A stretch of DNA of 64,000 nt from Macrostomum lignano. Taxonomy: Eukaryota. A program made the position numbers and the translations under genes. The stretch is from contig NIVC01000536.1 in NCBI GenBank assembly GCA_002269645.1, positions 281,875-345,874 on the forward strand, read 5' to 3'. Positions 25,150 to 39,600 of the stretch are shown one piece after another (within the stretch, counting starts at the first letter, position 1; each line of letters opens with the position of its first letter). The notes under the pieces are model-generated. The model saw only the letters and a list, made by a program, of their open reading frames with translations. It did not search any database and had not been told where the DNA came from.

Positions 25150-25455
25150 GATGGCGCCTCTGCACCTGCCAGCATCTCTGATGAAGGCGCCACTGCAACC
25201 TACCATAATATCTGATGATGGCGCCTTTGCTGCACCTGCCAGCATCTCTGATGAAGGCGCCTTTGCTGCACCTGCTAGCATCTCTGATAAAGGTGCCTTT
25301 GCTGCACCTGCCAGAATCTCTGGTGAAGGCGCTTCTGCCACCTGCCAGAATCTCTGGTGAAGGCGCCTCTGCTACCTACCAGCATCTCTGATGAAGGCGC
25401 CTCTGCCACCTGCCAGAATCTCTGATGAAGGCGCCCCAGCACCTGCTGGCGCCTA
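25150..25455. repeat. ~36-bp degenerate minisatellite
   Basis: Repeated GAAGGCGCC..TGCTGCACCTGCCAGCATCTCTGAT. Confidence 0.85.
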
Positions 25456-25994
25456 ACAACTCAATTATGTAAATTGATTTATATGAGGTTATAAAAGAAT
25501 TAAATTTTTTTTTATGTTTTAATCACACAACAGACAATGCAAGGCTAGACATAGCTTGGGACCGCAAATACTGTTTAAAGAAGCAGCCAGGCATGCTGTG
25601 GCACGTTTCAACTTTTTAAGTCGAGAATAGATGAGAAACGCAGAGGGGGAGAGGCGCTGAGGTGAGAACATTTCATGTTACTTCCCACTGAATAGCATAC
25701 GGCTGCCGCGATGCCCGGCACAAGTGCAAAATTCAGTCTCAATTTGCATTTACGAAGGTAGGGTTTAAGAATACCGTATATTCATTTTAGTGCACCGACA
25801 CCGCTGAGTCATGGTCAGACTGCTTTTAATAGTTGGCCCTCAGGTTGGCCCACAGTGCCCCTGTTGCCGGCTGTGTGGGTGGGGACTGCAAATTTGAGCA
25901 CCCAATTAAAATTCCAGCAAAGTTTATTGTGATGAGGAGTAAGGTATTATGATATCTCAGCCTCTTCTAAATGGCTGGCTCACTCTTGTTTGAA

Positions 25995-26229
<235 letters not shown>

Positions 26230-26782
26230 GTCCGGTCTCCTTCTCCGGACCTCGCTGTCCTCAGTTGAACTGAGCGCTCGGCGCGAGTGAACACCGAGAA
26301 TGAGCGAGGCGAGGAGAATGATTCCCGACAGACATGCTCAGATAGATTGGTCCAACTACTCATCATTCCTTCAAGCTTCATAAGATAATCCTGGCCCTTT
26401 CTTGCACGCGGCAGAAGAGGCTGGGCCGGGCCGGCCTGTGACCTCAGATGAACCCGTCAAGGGAGGAGCCGCCCTGCAGTTTCCTGGACTAAGAGAAAGT
26501 GAAACGGGTCGCGCGAGTTCGGGTTCAACCGAGGACAAAGAGGGGAAGGGCTTGTCCGCTCTTTCACGCAGCTCCGATACTCTCCTCCCCCGCCGGCTTT
26601 TCTGGGGATATAAAACTGGGAACCGATGGGGCTCCTGACTTCCCCCGGCCTGACTTGCCAAATTTGGGCGACACAGGGGATCGCTCTGTGCGGCACTGAA
26701 CTCAACTCCAAGCCGGAAGTTTGGCGTGGACAAAATGAAATTCTTCATTGCCTCATCAGTGCGGCAGCTGTGAGTTTTCCAT

Positions 26783-26823
<41 letters not shown>

Positions 26824-28634
26824 GATAGATAGATAGATAGATAGATAGATATATAGATAGATAGATAGACAGATAGATAGACATGGATAAGCAGAGCAAA
26901 AGACTCAAGCCCAAGCAAGCCTCCAGCAAAGCACGCGGCCACTCGCGCAGCCATAAAAGGACTTGCCATTCGGCAGCTGTCAGTTTACTACGTGCATGGC
27001 CGCCCGCGCCTCGCACGCACTGGCTGACTGACGCAGGCTGACGCCAATGCAATGCAAACTGGATCTGGCCAGCCACCCCTTCCCACAGTCTATGTGAAGC
27101 AGCGGTGCGCCTAAATTTAACTTTAGTTGGGGAGGCTCTTGGTAGCTGCAGTTCGCAAACATGGGGAGGGGGGGGACTGCGGCACCCCCGCGGTGACCCT
27201 CCCAGCTGACGCACTTGAGGCGTGCAGCCTGGCAAGGCGTTTTGCGTTGTCATTGACAACGGAACAAGAGAAGGGCGGGGGGTGAGCCAGCTTGCCAAAA
27301 TAAGAGAAGAATCATGCATTGGGCATTCCCTGCCCCAGCCAATTGTGTCAGTCCGCGCCTCTAATTTTCTTCCTCGAAGCATATTTAAGCGCGCCAGTTG
27401 CTGCCAACTTTCGGGCGGCTGCACTGAGCTGGGCTTTTAACCGTCAGCCCTTGCAATCTGCCCAACTGTCAGATTAACAACAAACTCAATTATTAGGAGC
27501 CGCTGGTAGGTTTTTTATTAAAACTCAATTATTATTTTACCTGTCCTTATAGTTCATTATTACTCTGTCGTAATTTTCGGGTAATGCCTGCTCGATGACA
27601 AAGCTTGATCCGTGCCGCTTGTCACCGGGTGGTCATTCATCCGCAGGCGGCAGACTGCGCATCCACCCGCCCTCGCTTACCCTATGGCTTAACTATGGCC
27701 TGACTATGGCCTGACTATAGCCTGACTATGGCCTGACTATGGCCTGACTATAGCCTGACTATGGCCTGACTATGGCCTGTCTATGGCCTGACTATAGCCT
27801 GAGTGTGTGTGAACTATGGCTTTTTTCGGCCTATCTGTAGCCTTTCTGTGGTATTTCAATTGCTTTTCTGTGGCTTCTCTCTGGCTTCTCTACCGCATTT
27901 CTTTGGCCTCTATGCTCTATACAACTTCTTCTTTTTGGCTTGACTGTCCTGACTGACTGACTGGCCTGGCAAATGACCTGAATGATGACAAATAAATAAA
28001 ACGGGGCTCTCTGTCACCTGATTTCGGCCTCTCCATGGCTATCCAAACGTCCCGGCCTTGCCCTTAAAAGACTCTTTGAAATCGTGGAATTTTGAGTCCA
28101 TGCCGACCATGCGCGTCACTCAAAATGGGCGTGCTCTACCAACGATGCGGCCTCAGAAACCAACTCTCCAACCTCTGCCCCTGCCGACCCTGCTTGCCCA
28201 CCCCCACCCAATCCTCACATTGCTTACAGACCGCCCCCACGTGACAGCCTTGTGGAATGGGCAGAGGGTTTCTATTTATAGAATGCTGCGAGCTGCTCGC
28301 GTCAATGCCCCCCACTTGGCCATGCACACCGGAGAGTACACGAAAGGCCATGCTGGGTGCTTGAAAAGGGGCAGTTATCCTCGTTGGGGAATTTCCCATA
28401 CGGGACGGGAATTAGCTATGTCACGTGTTGTACGGTCACGCCTGCAGCTTTGAGATTGGGGAGAGGTTTCTGGAAAAGACGCAGGTGAAACTGACGTACG
28501 TGTAATTTTGTTCGATTGTGAATTTTTAACTGCTTCAGTTTGCCGCCTGATTGTTTAAATTTGAGTTGCGAATGCTGACAAACGGGAAGATTATTATAGA
28601 TTACTTAACTCGCGGAGCAAGCAGGCCACTGAGG

Positions 28635-29515
28635 AGGTCACTCTCCCCAGAATGGAGCACTGCTACACGTCATTCTCCCCAGAATGGAGCACTGCTGCAC
28701 GTCACTCTCCTCAGAATGGAGCACTGCTACACGTCACTCTCCTCAGAATGGAGCACTGCTACACGTCACTCTCCCCAGAATGGAGCTCTGCTGCACGTCA
28801 CTCTCCTCAGAATGGAGCACTGCTGCACGTCACTCTCCTCAGAATGGAGCACTGCTGCACGTCACTCTCCTCAGAATGGAGCTCTGCTGCACGTCACTCT
28901 CCTCAGAATGGAGCTCTGCTGCACGACACTCTCCTCAGAATAAAGCACTGCTACACGTCACTCTCCTCAGAATGGAGCACTGCTGCACGTCACTCTCCTC
29001 AGAATGGAGCTCTGCTGCACGTCACTCTCCTCAGAATGGAGCTCTGCTGCACGACACTCTCCTCAGAATAAAGCACTGCTACACGTCACTCTCCTCAGAA
29101 TGGAGCTCTGCTACATGTCACTCTCCTCAGAATAAAGCACTCCTACACGTCACTCTCCTCAGAATGGAGCACTGCTACATGTCACTCTCCTCAGAATGGA
29201 GCACTGTATAGTCACTCTCCTCAGACTGGAGCACTGTATAGTCACTCTCCTCAGAATGGAGCACTGCTACATGTCACTCTCCTCAGAATGGAGCACTGCT
29301 ACATGTCACTCTCCTCAGAATGGAGCACTGCTACATGTCACTCTCCTCAGAATGGAGCACTGCTACATGTCACTCTCCTCAGAATGGAGCACTGCTACAT
29401 GTCACTCTCCTCAGAATTGAGCACTGTTACAGGTCACTCTCCTCAGAATGGAGCTCCGCTACGCGTCACTCTCCCCAGAATGGAGCACTGTATAGTCACT
29501 CTGACTCTCCTCAGA
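28635..29515. repeat. 32-bp minisatellite (CACTCTCCTCAGAATGGAGCACTGCTRCAYGT)n
   Basis: Direct inspection. Confidence 0.93.
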
Positions 29516-30125
29516 ATGTTCACTCCACTCAGCATGCAAGAAAAGGCACATTTGTAAGCAAGAAATAGACCAGGTTACCCATAAAATTTTAGCCCTAAGC
29601 CCGCAATTAAATTCAGTAAAATATAAAAAAGTCCATTTCAAAGGTCCATTGGGTACTTGGTCTGAGACTAGCAGGCAGCCAATGCAGAGCTTAGGGGAAC
29701 AAAACTTGCGCACCAAGATGGCGGTGGGCGGCTTAGTGTCTGCGGTCTGGTCTACGATAGTAATAAATTGAAATATTCCTACTAAAGTACTGCTTTGCGC
29801 TGCGGCGTTGGCTTTTCAGGCTGCGCTATTTAGCGGGAGAGACAGTGCGACTGCACCAATACCGTAGCATGCACTGGGCACCATTCATCCCAAGATCAAA
29901 TGCGTTTCTACCGATATAAAAATTTCCCCCAAAGAGATTCAACTTGACTTTTAGTTTATGTGCCGACTCTCTTTCTTCTCCGTCGTTGATCGCTTCACCG
30001 AACCGAGTCCGCTGCGCAGATCCGGGCATTTCCTGTGCGCCGCTCCACTCCGGAGCTGCCTTGGGTCTCGGGAATTGGAGTTGGGGAGCTTCCGTGCCTC
30101 TGCACCCGTGCGATTTGATGAAGAG

Positions 30126-30514
<389 letters not shown>

Positions 30515-30671
30515 ATTTGCCGCACCTTTCTTGTACTTCAGAATAGGGAGTTTACGAACAGAAGTAAAATATTTAAGTAAGATTGATTTCGTTGTCAATG
30601 GAATTTAATTTATCATTTCCTGGAAATCAGAACACCGAATGGCATCCGATCAGTTCTCAACAGTTCGCAAG

Positions 30672-33600
30672 TCAAGCCTTCCTCAAGCCTTCAATCATTC
30701 TCGAGGCCCTGAACGCCATCTGGGACCAGTGAGTCCGCAGCGCCCGCGTCACCCCGACCCGGTGGGCTGCACAGGCCGCGCACACGGAGGCGGCGACTGC
30801 GGCAGCGCACAGCAGACGGCCGAGGACCCGGTCCTGCCAGCGCCGGTCCGTGATGGCCCGGCTGTACGGAGTGCGGCTGAAGGTCACCTGCGAGCGCGTT
30901 GGGTGGCGGTCAGCTTGTCAATCAACTGCTGATAGGGGAGGATCAAGTTATCAATCTACTATCAATATCAAAAGCAACGTCAGTCAACGAGGGGAAGTCA
31001 GAGGCACCGGAGCTCACCATGGTGTACAGCGGGACCCAGTGGTTGGGCAGCAGCCAGTTCAGCGCGTTGTCCAGCTTCTTGCGCAACAGAAATGTCACGG
31101 AATTCACTGATTGGCGCATCTGTTGGCAGATTTATGGCATGATTTATGACACTTGCATCTGATTTGCGTGTACAGACCTGGATAAAGTGATAATGAAATT
31201 GAAAATATTGTGGAGTGAATAGAGGATTAATTGCGAGATGATGGGAGTGACGAGATGATGTGAGTGACGCGATGATGGGAGTGACTTAATGAAAGAGTGA
31301 CGAGATAATGGGAGTGCCGAGATAAAAGAGTGACGAGATAATGGGAGTGCCGAGATAAAAGAGTGACGAGATGATACTAGTGATGAGAAGAGAAGAATGA
31401 CGAGATCAAGTGATGAGATGATTCGAGTGACAATTTGAAAGAGTGACAAGATGAAAGAGTGACGATAAAAAAGAGTGACGAGATGATGAGAATGACAAGT
31501 CGAAAGAGTGACGAGAAGGTGAAGGTGACGAGATGATGAGAGTGACAAGATGAAAGAGTGACGAGAAGGTGAGAGTGACGAGATGGTGAGAGTGACAAGA
31601 TGAAAGAGTGACGAGAAGGTGAGAGTGACGAGATGGTGAGAGTGACAAGATGAAAGAGTGACGAGAAGGTGAGAGTGACGAAATGGTGTGAGTGCCGAGA
31701 TGATGTAGAGTGCAGCAGACATCGGGAAACCAATTTGCAAGAAAAAGACAAGCAAACACGGGGAGAGTTGTTTATCAATATTTGGGTGTGGAGGTTTTCT
31801 CGCCCTCACTGGCACATCGTGGCCAGCCCTGCACAGCAGTGCATTCTGGGGTGCAGGCCCCAAGGCTGACTGTCAATCTGTTAAAAAACCACGTGCCTGT
31901 TTTGCTGTTCTCTAGTGCGGCTCCTCCTTAGCTTTGGCTGGAAATTATTTTTTGATGCTAGTATAGCATGTTCGCAACACTCTACTTGTTTGGGTAGAAA
32001 GTAAGACATTTTTCGATAAAATCTATATGACAAAGAAATACATTGAAAAAGACTCCGAACCTCGATGTAGTTATACAGAGCCAGGTCCACGATGGCGTGC
32101 GCGTCTTCTACCCGCGAATTGGTGAAAGCCGGAAGCACCTTGCCTGCAGGAAAAAGGCAATCTGTTGGTTAAATCATTGGTATAGGGCTAGGCATTATGG
32201 ATATAGTTCATCTCTTGTTGCAGACTTTTGTCTATGGTAGCAAGGCCTCGTGAACTCACCAAAGTCATGGCCGAACTGCTGCATCAAATCGTCCAGTATG
32301 ATGCAGTCCTCGAAGCCCTAATTAACAATTATTAAGATAATTGGTACGATATAATTAACTTTGAAAGCCAAGGATGACATGCTCAGAGACAAAAACTGAA
32401 GCAAAATACCGCTAGACCCTTCATCAATCATGCGTGTTCCTTTGGAGGCCTGAAGTTTTCAGATTTTCAGCACTAAATTCTCAATATGCAACCGACAGCT
32501 CAGCCGCAGCTATTGCGCGGTGCATCTGAAGGCTGTCTACGGCTGCTGGCACCCATTTTACAGCTGGGTGAACTGAAGTAATGCAGAGTTAAGTGTCTTG
32601 CTCAAGGACACAAATTGCTCCGAGTGGGATCAGGAATCGAACCCCCGACCTTTAAGTCGTGAGTCTGATGCTCTTATAACCACTACTAGGCTGCAACCCA
32701 TGCAGCCCTGATGGTGGGATAGTAGGAATTTAAATTTTGTGCTCAGGGTGTCGCAACCGCAATGGATTTTTTTGGTGTTTTTGGGATCCAGAGCCAGAGA
32801 TTCTACATAATAAATTCCTACATTATTTTGGAAATCGGTCTTGTTAGCACTCAACTTTGCGCCACAGGCACTCAATTTGGCACCGCAGGTACCAATTTTG
32901 GCGCCGCAGGCACTCATTTTGGCACCGCAGGCACCCATTTTGGCCCTTCAGGCACTCAATTTAGCACCGCAGGCACTCAATTTAGCACCGCAGGCACTCA
33001 ATTTAGCACCGCAGGCACTCAATTTGGCGCCGCAGGCACCTATTTTGGCACCGCAGGCACTCAATTTAGCACCGCAGGCACTCAATTTGGCGCCGCAGGC
33101 TCCTATTTTGGCACCGCAGGCACTCAATTTAGCACCGCAGGCACTCAATTTAGCACCGCAGGCACTCAATTTAGCACCGCAGGCACTCAATTTAGCACCG
33201 CAGGCACTCAATTTAGCACGGCAGGCACTCAATTTGGCGCCGCAGGCACCTATTTTGGCGCCGCAGGCACTCATTTTGGCGCTCCAAAGCAGAATAATTG
33301 ATTTGCATAACGGGTCACAAGGTGGGGTGGGACAAAGCATTGCCATGCCTCCTCATAGCTTTTACGAGAGTAGCGGCCTCCCTGCTTGAGCAGTCCCTGG
33401 AGGCGGTCTTCTTACACAGTTCATGCCTTGGCCATAGAACGGCACCATTGCGTGGGCGGCATCGCCAATAATCAGCATCTTGTCGTTCAGGTGATACGGC
33501 TGGCACTGTAAGTTTTGTTGCAGCGTATTGAATTGTTTTACCAATAGTAGGTAATAGTAGGGATGCTTAAAAAATGCCTATGGACATTGAATTACTACTA

Positions 33601-36600
33601 ATAGTAGGCATAAAGAGAATCTTACTCGAATTGAAACCAGAGGCAGCGCTTTCAAACTTAAAATCGTGTCAACGACTGTTTTCCTGCAAAATTTGAGCGG
33701 CGATTTAAAAACTGGATTCGTAAATTGCTACTTTTCAGTAGAAGCGATAGAAAATTAATTACTTTATGCTGTAAGAAGCTGTAATTTACTTGCTAGGGCT
33801 TTTACTGATGGGGTATTGCTCTGAGAGCGTATTGCCCTTGTCAGGGTTATTACTCTGAGAGATTGCTTTTGTTAGGGTATTGCTTTGAGAGGGTCTAGCT
33901 TTTGTCAGGGTAATTGCTCTGACAGGGCATTGGTCTGAAATGGAATTTCTGCCATATCATGTCGCGAGTTACTACATAAAACTTGACTTAAATCCGTGAC
34001 CAGCAATAAAGCCGACTAAAAATCCCACAGGAAAAGTCTGCAGCTTCACTGGCCGCCTCATTCACGTAAGTAAGCTGCTATAGACTAGGGGATCCCATTA
34101 GATATCTGACACTCTTCGCAGCGAGCTCGCGACCTCACCGCCCTCTGATCTCTAAGCGCTTTTTCCTCCTCTCTGCCCGCCCCTGGGGCGCATTTTTATT
34201 TCTAAACTATACAGTGTATAAGAGCGTAGGTCTAGAGTCGGGGAAAGGAATCTTAGTTCATCGTGATAGAGCTTTCATCTGCGTAGTTGTATAGTTAAGC
34301 AGAAATAATTATTAGAATGAGTGCAGTGTATATACAGGTCAGTATATTTTTCGAGTACTGCAGCTATGCAATTTGCATTCCCCTTCTAAGGAACTCGACT
34401 GGACTGCTCGCCCTTCATGCCTTAGGCTAAATTTCTGGACACAGTCGAGTTTCTTGACATGGGATTAAGACAAGAAGTCAAGATTTTTTGGGATATATGA
34501 AGCAGAGTAATAGCATTCCCTGACCATAGGGCATGTAGTTTGGGACATATCAACGAAGGTACGAGTATCTGATTATACGAGCGCAGTGTATTGATGTGTG
34601 GAATGGATATTCGGTGATTCTATGGGGTGGTGGGTGTGCGGTTGGGCCTGCGAGAGAGCTTTATCAGCGGAGCTATGGGGTGGTGGGTGTGCGGTTGGAC
34701 CTGCGAGGGAGCTTTATCAGCTGAGCTATGGGATGGTGGGTGTGCGGTTGGGCCTGCGAGAGAGCTTTATCAGCGGAGCTATGGGGTGGTGGGTGTGCGG
34801 TTGGACCTGCGAGGGAGCTTTATCAGCTGAGCTATGGGGTGGTGGGTGCGCGGTTGGGCCTGCGAGAGAGCTTTATCAGCTGAGCTATGGGGTGGTGGGT
34901 GTGCGGTTGCGCCTGCGAGGGAGCTTTATCAGCTCAGCTATGGGGTGGGTCTGGGATCGGGAACCAATAGTTATCGTAGCAGAGGCCGTTAGGCAATGGA
35001 AATATTTCTGTTAAAATACCAAGTGTCATTAAAATAAAGCCTGGATTCTCACTCGCCCAGCAGCTCAAGTGCATCGGGAAATGTGTCCCGATAGAACTTG
35101 ACAACAGCTTCCGGTGATTTCAACTGGTCAAACAATTCGAACGGCATAAACATGGTGCCAGTGAAGCTGCCATCTAGATTGGGCAGGGCGATTAGCATGA
35201 ACTGGTTGCGTGGCCAGATGTGCAGATAGTTAGTAGCCATGCAGTGGCCTCCCGACTCGCTCGGCGGGAAGGCGATCTCCATGTAACCGTGTTCGATGTA
35301 CCTCTGCTCGTAGTCGAAGCGGCAGTGTCGCATCATGGACTTGCGCACCGCCGAGAAGGCGCCGTCGCAGCCAACGATGAGGTCGTAGGTTCGCTTCACG
35401 GTTGAGTCATCGCTGTGGTAATTGAGAGATTTTAATGCTTTGGGTTTATCTTGTCAACTAAACCAAATTGCAAAAGAACTTAAACACAGACGAAATTTCC
35501 CTTCAACATTAGCCGTATTCCAAACAATGATCCCGAAAATTATTCGCAGAAGAATCAGGACAAGGATCCGGACAAGGAAAATGGAAGGATCCGGACAAGG
35601 AACATGGAAGGATCCGGACAAGGAACATGGAAGGATCCGGACAAGGAACATGGAAGGATTCGGACAAGGAACATGGAAGGATTCGGACAAGGAACATGGA
35701 AGGATTCGGACAAGGAACATGGAAGGATCCGGACAAGGAACATGGAAGAATTCGGACAAGGAACATGGAAGGATCCGGACAAGGAACATGGAAGGATCCG
35801 GACAAGGAACATGGAAGGATCCGGACAAGGAACATGGAAGGATCCGGACAAGGAACATGGAAGGATCCGGACAAGGAACATGGAAGGATCCGGACAAGGA
35901 ACATGGAAGGATCCGGACAAGGAACATGGAAGGAGCCGGACAAGGAACATGGAAGGATCCGGACAAGGAACATGGAAGGATCCGGACAAGGAACATGGAA
36001 GGATTCGGACAAGGAACATGGAAGGATCCGGACAAGGAACATGGAAGGATCCGGACAAGGAAAATGGAAGGATTCGGACAAGGAACATGGAAGGATCCGG
36101 ACAAGGAACATGGAAGGATCCGGACAAGGAACATGGAAGGATCCGGACAAGGAACATGGAAGGATTCGGACAAGGAACATGGAAGGATCCGGACAAGGAA
36201 CATGAAAGGATCCGGACAAGGAAAAGGGAAGGATCCGGACAAGGAACATGAAAGGATCCGGACAAGGAACATGGAAGGATCCGGACAAGGAACATGGAAG
36301 GATTCGGACAAGGAAAATGGAAGGATTCGGACAAGGAACATGGAAGGATTCGGACAAGGAAAATGGAAGGATTCGGACAAGGAACATTAAAGGATCCGGA
36401 CAAGGAAAATGGAAGGATCCGGACAAGGAACATGAAAGGATCCGGACAAGGAACATGGAAGGATTCGGACAAGGAACATGGAAGGATCCGGACAAGGAAC
36501 ATGGAAGGATTCGGACAAGGAACATGGAAGGATCCGGACAAGGAACATGGAAGGATCCGGACAAGGAACATGGAAGGATTCGGACAAGGAACATGGAAGG

Positions 36601-39600
36601 ATTCGGACAAGGAACATGGAAGGATCCGGACAAGGAACATGGAAGGATTCGGACAAGGAACATGGAAGGATTCGGACAAGGAACATGGAAGGATTCGGAC
36701 AAGGAACATGGAAGGATCCGGACAAGGAACATGGAAGGATCCGGACAAGGAACATGGAAGGATCCGGACAAGGAACATGGAAGGATCCGGACAAGGAACA
36801 TGGAAGGATCCGGACAAGGAACATGAAAGGATCCGGACAAGGAACATGGAAGGATCCGGACAAGGAACATGGAAGGATTCGGACAAGGAACATGGAAGGA
36901 TTCGGACAAGGAACATGGAAGGATCCGGACAAGGAACATGGAAGGATCCGGACAAGGAACATGGAAGGATCCGGACAAGGAACATGGAAGGATCCGGACA
37001 AGGAACATGGAAGGATCCGGACAAGGAACATGGAAGGATCCGGACAAGGAACATGGAAGGATCCGGACAAGGAACATGGAAGGATTCGGACAAGGAACAT
37101 GGAAGGATCCGGACAAGGAACATGGAAGGATTCGGACAAGGAACATGGAAGGATTCGGACAAGGAACATGGAAGGATCCGGACAAGGAACATGGAAGGAT
37201 CCGGACAAGGAACATGGAAGGATCCGGACAAGGAACATGGAAGGATCCGGACAAGGAACATGGAAGGATCCGGACAAGGAACATGTAAGGATCCGGACAA
37301 GGAACATGGAAGGATCCGGACAAGGAACATGTAAGGATTCGGACAAGGAACATGAAAGGATCCGGACAAGGAACATGGAAGGAGCCGGACAAGGAACATG
37401 GAAGGATTCGGACAAGGAACATGGAAGGATTCGGACAAGGACATGGAAGGATCCGGACAAGGAACATGGAAGGATCCGGACAAGGAACATGTAAGGATCC
37501 GGACAAGGAACATGTAAGGATCCGGACAAGGAACATGGAAGGATCCGGACAAGGAACATGGAAGGAGCCGGACAAGGAACATGGAAGGAGCCGGACAAGG
37601 AACATGGAAGGATCCGGACAAGGAACATGGAAGGATCCGGACAAGGAACATGGAAGGATCCGGACAAGGAACATGGAAGGATCCGGACAAGGAACATGGA
37701 AGGATCCGGACAAGGAACATGGAAGGATCCGGACAAGGACATGGAAGGATCCGGACAAGGAACATGGAAGGATCAGGACAAGGAACATGGAAGGATCAGG
37801 ACAAGGAACATGTAAGGATCCGGACAAGGAACATGGAAGGATCCGGACAAGGAACATGGAAGGATCCGGACAAGGAACATGGAAGGATTCGGACAAGGAA
37901 CATGGAAGGATCCGGACAAGGAACATGGAAGGATCCGGACAAGGAACATGGAAGGAGCCGGACAAGGAACATGGAAGGATCCGGACAAGGAACATGGAAG
38001 GATCCGGACAAGGAACATGGAAGGATCCGGACAAGGAACATGGAAGGATCCGGACAAGGAACATGGAAGGATTCGGACAAGGAACATGGAAGGATCCGGA
38101 CAAGGAACATGGAAGGAGCCGGACAAGGAACATGGAAGGATCCGGACAAGGAACATGGAAGGATCCGGACAAGGAACATGGAAGGATCCGGACAAGGAAC
38201 ATGGAAGGATCCGGACAAGGAACATGGAAGGAGCCGGACAAGGAACATGGAAGGATCCGGACAAGGAACATGGAAGGATCCGGACAAGGACATGGAAGGA
38301 TCCGGACAAGGAACATGGAAGGATCAGGACAAGGAACATGTAAGGATCCGGACAAGGAACATGTAAGGATCCGGACAAGGAACATGGAAGGATCCGGACA
38401 AGGAACATGGAAGGATCCGGACAAGGAACATGGAAGGATTCGGACAAGGAACATGGAAGGATTCGGACAAGGAACATGGAAGGATCCGGACAAGGAACAT
38501 GGAAGGATCCGGACAAGGAACATGGAAGGAGCCGGACAAGGAACATGGAAGGATCCGGACAAGGAACATGGAAGGAGCCGGACAAGGAACATGGAAGGAT
38601 CCGGACAAGGAACATGGAAGGATCCGGACAAGGAACATGGAAGGATTCGGACAAGGAACATGGAAGGATCCGGACAAGGAACATGGAAGGAGCCGGACAA
38701 GGAACATGGAAGGATCCGGACAAGGAACATGGAAGGATCCGGACAAGGAACATGGAAGGATCCGGACAAGGAACATGGAAGGATCCGGACAAGGAACATG
38801 GAAGGATCCGGACAAGGAACATGGAAGGAGCCGGACAAGGAACATGGAAGGATCCGGACAAGGAACATGGAAGGATTCGGACAAGGAACATGGAAGGATT
38901 CGGACAAGGAACATGGAAGGATCCGGACAAGGAACATGGAAGGATTCGGACAAGGAACATGGAAGGATTCGGACAAGGAACATGGAAGGATTCGGACAAG
39001 GAACATGGAAGGATCCGGACAAAATGTCAGTGCAGTCGAATTTTCGCTCAAACCCGTCAACTTCTCTATTTTTGGCAATTTTACAAACATCTCCGCCCTC
39101 TTGACTGAATCAATTCTGACACATGACGGCCCAGAGAAGACTTAAAGGGTTTCATCGCAATACACTTGACCTCTGAGTAATGCACCGCAGAGTTACAACG
39201 GATTTCTTCTTTCTACTCCTCTACTGCCGTCTCCACAGCACGGTGGCCTCTTCACCTAAGCCGGGCTCTTCCTGCCTGCCTCTAGAGAACTTGCAGCTGC
39301 GTCAGCTTCTTCTGCGCAAAGCTAAAGCAGAAAAAAGCTAACAGAAAACCATTCAATAGTAGCCAATTTTTTTCTAAAGCCTTTCAACTATCTTTTTGAC
39401 ATCGCGTCGCACAACCAGCGCTGAGGAAATTCCGCTCATTACGCTGACAAGAGCGCCCATACTGTACGCAGGTGCGAGCTCACACACTCGCTCACAAAGG
39501 GTGTACAATGGCCCTGACTTTCAAATGGTCAGTCATGTACAGTCTCTGTGCCTTGGGGGCCGGTCCCCATGAGCGTGAATCTCACAACAAACCCCCAGGT

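Noticed and set aside
28058-28453. ORFs with CxxC-like motifs
   Set aside because: No recognisable family, start context or splice support.
32620-32698. Functional tRNA gene (also 48154-48220)
   Set aside because: A and B boxes are present, but I could not build a full cloverleaf, and the sequence continues into dispersed-repeat bodies; treated as SINE heads.
34380-34620. Degenerate CR1/L2 LINE 3' end (CIDVWNG)
   Set aside because: Only a few residues resemble the motif; not supportable without a search.
35454-39145. Very long ORFs (up to 1193 aa) on both strands
   Set aside because: They are translations of a stop-free 23-bp satellite inside KMO intron 2; all frames give the same periodic peptide.
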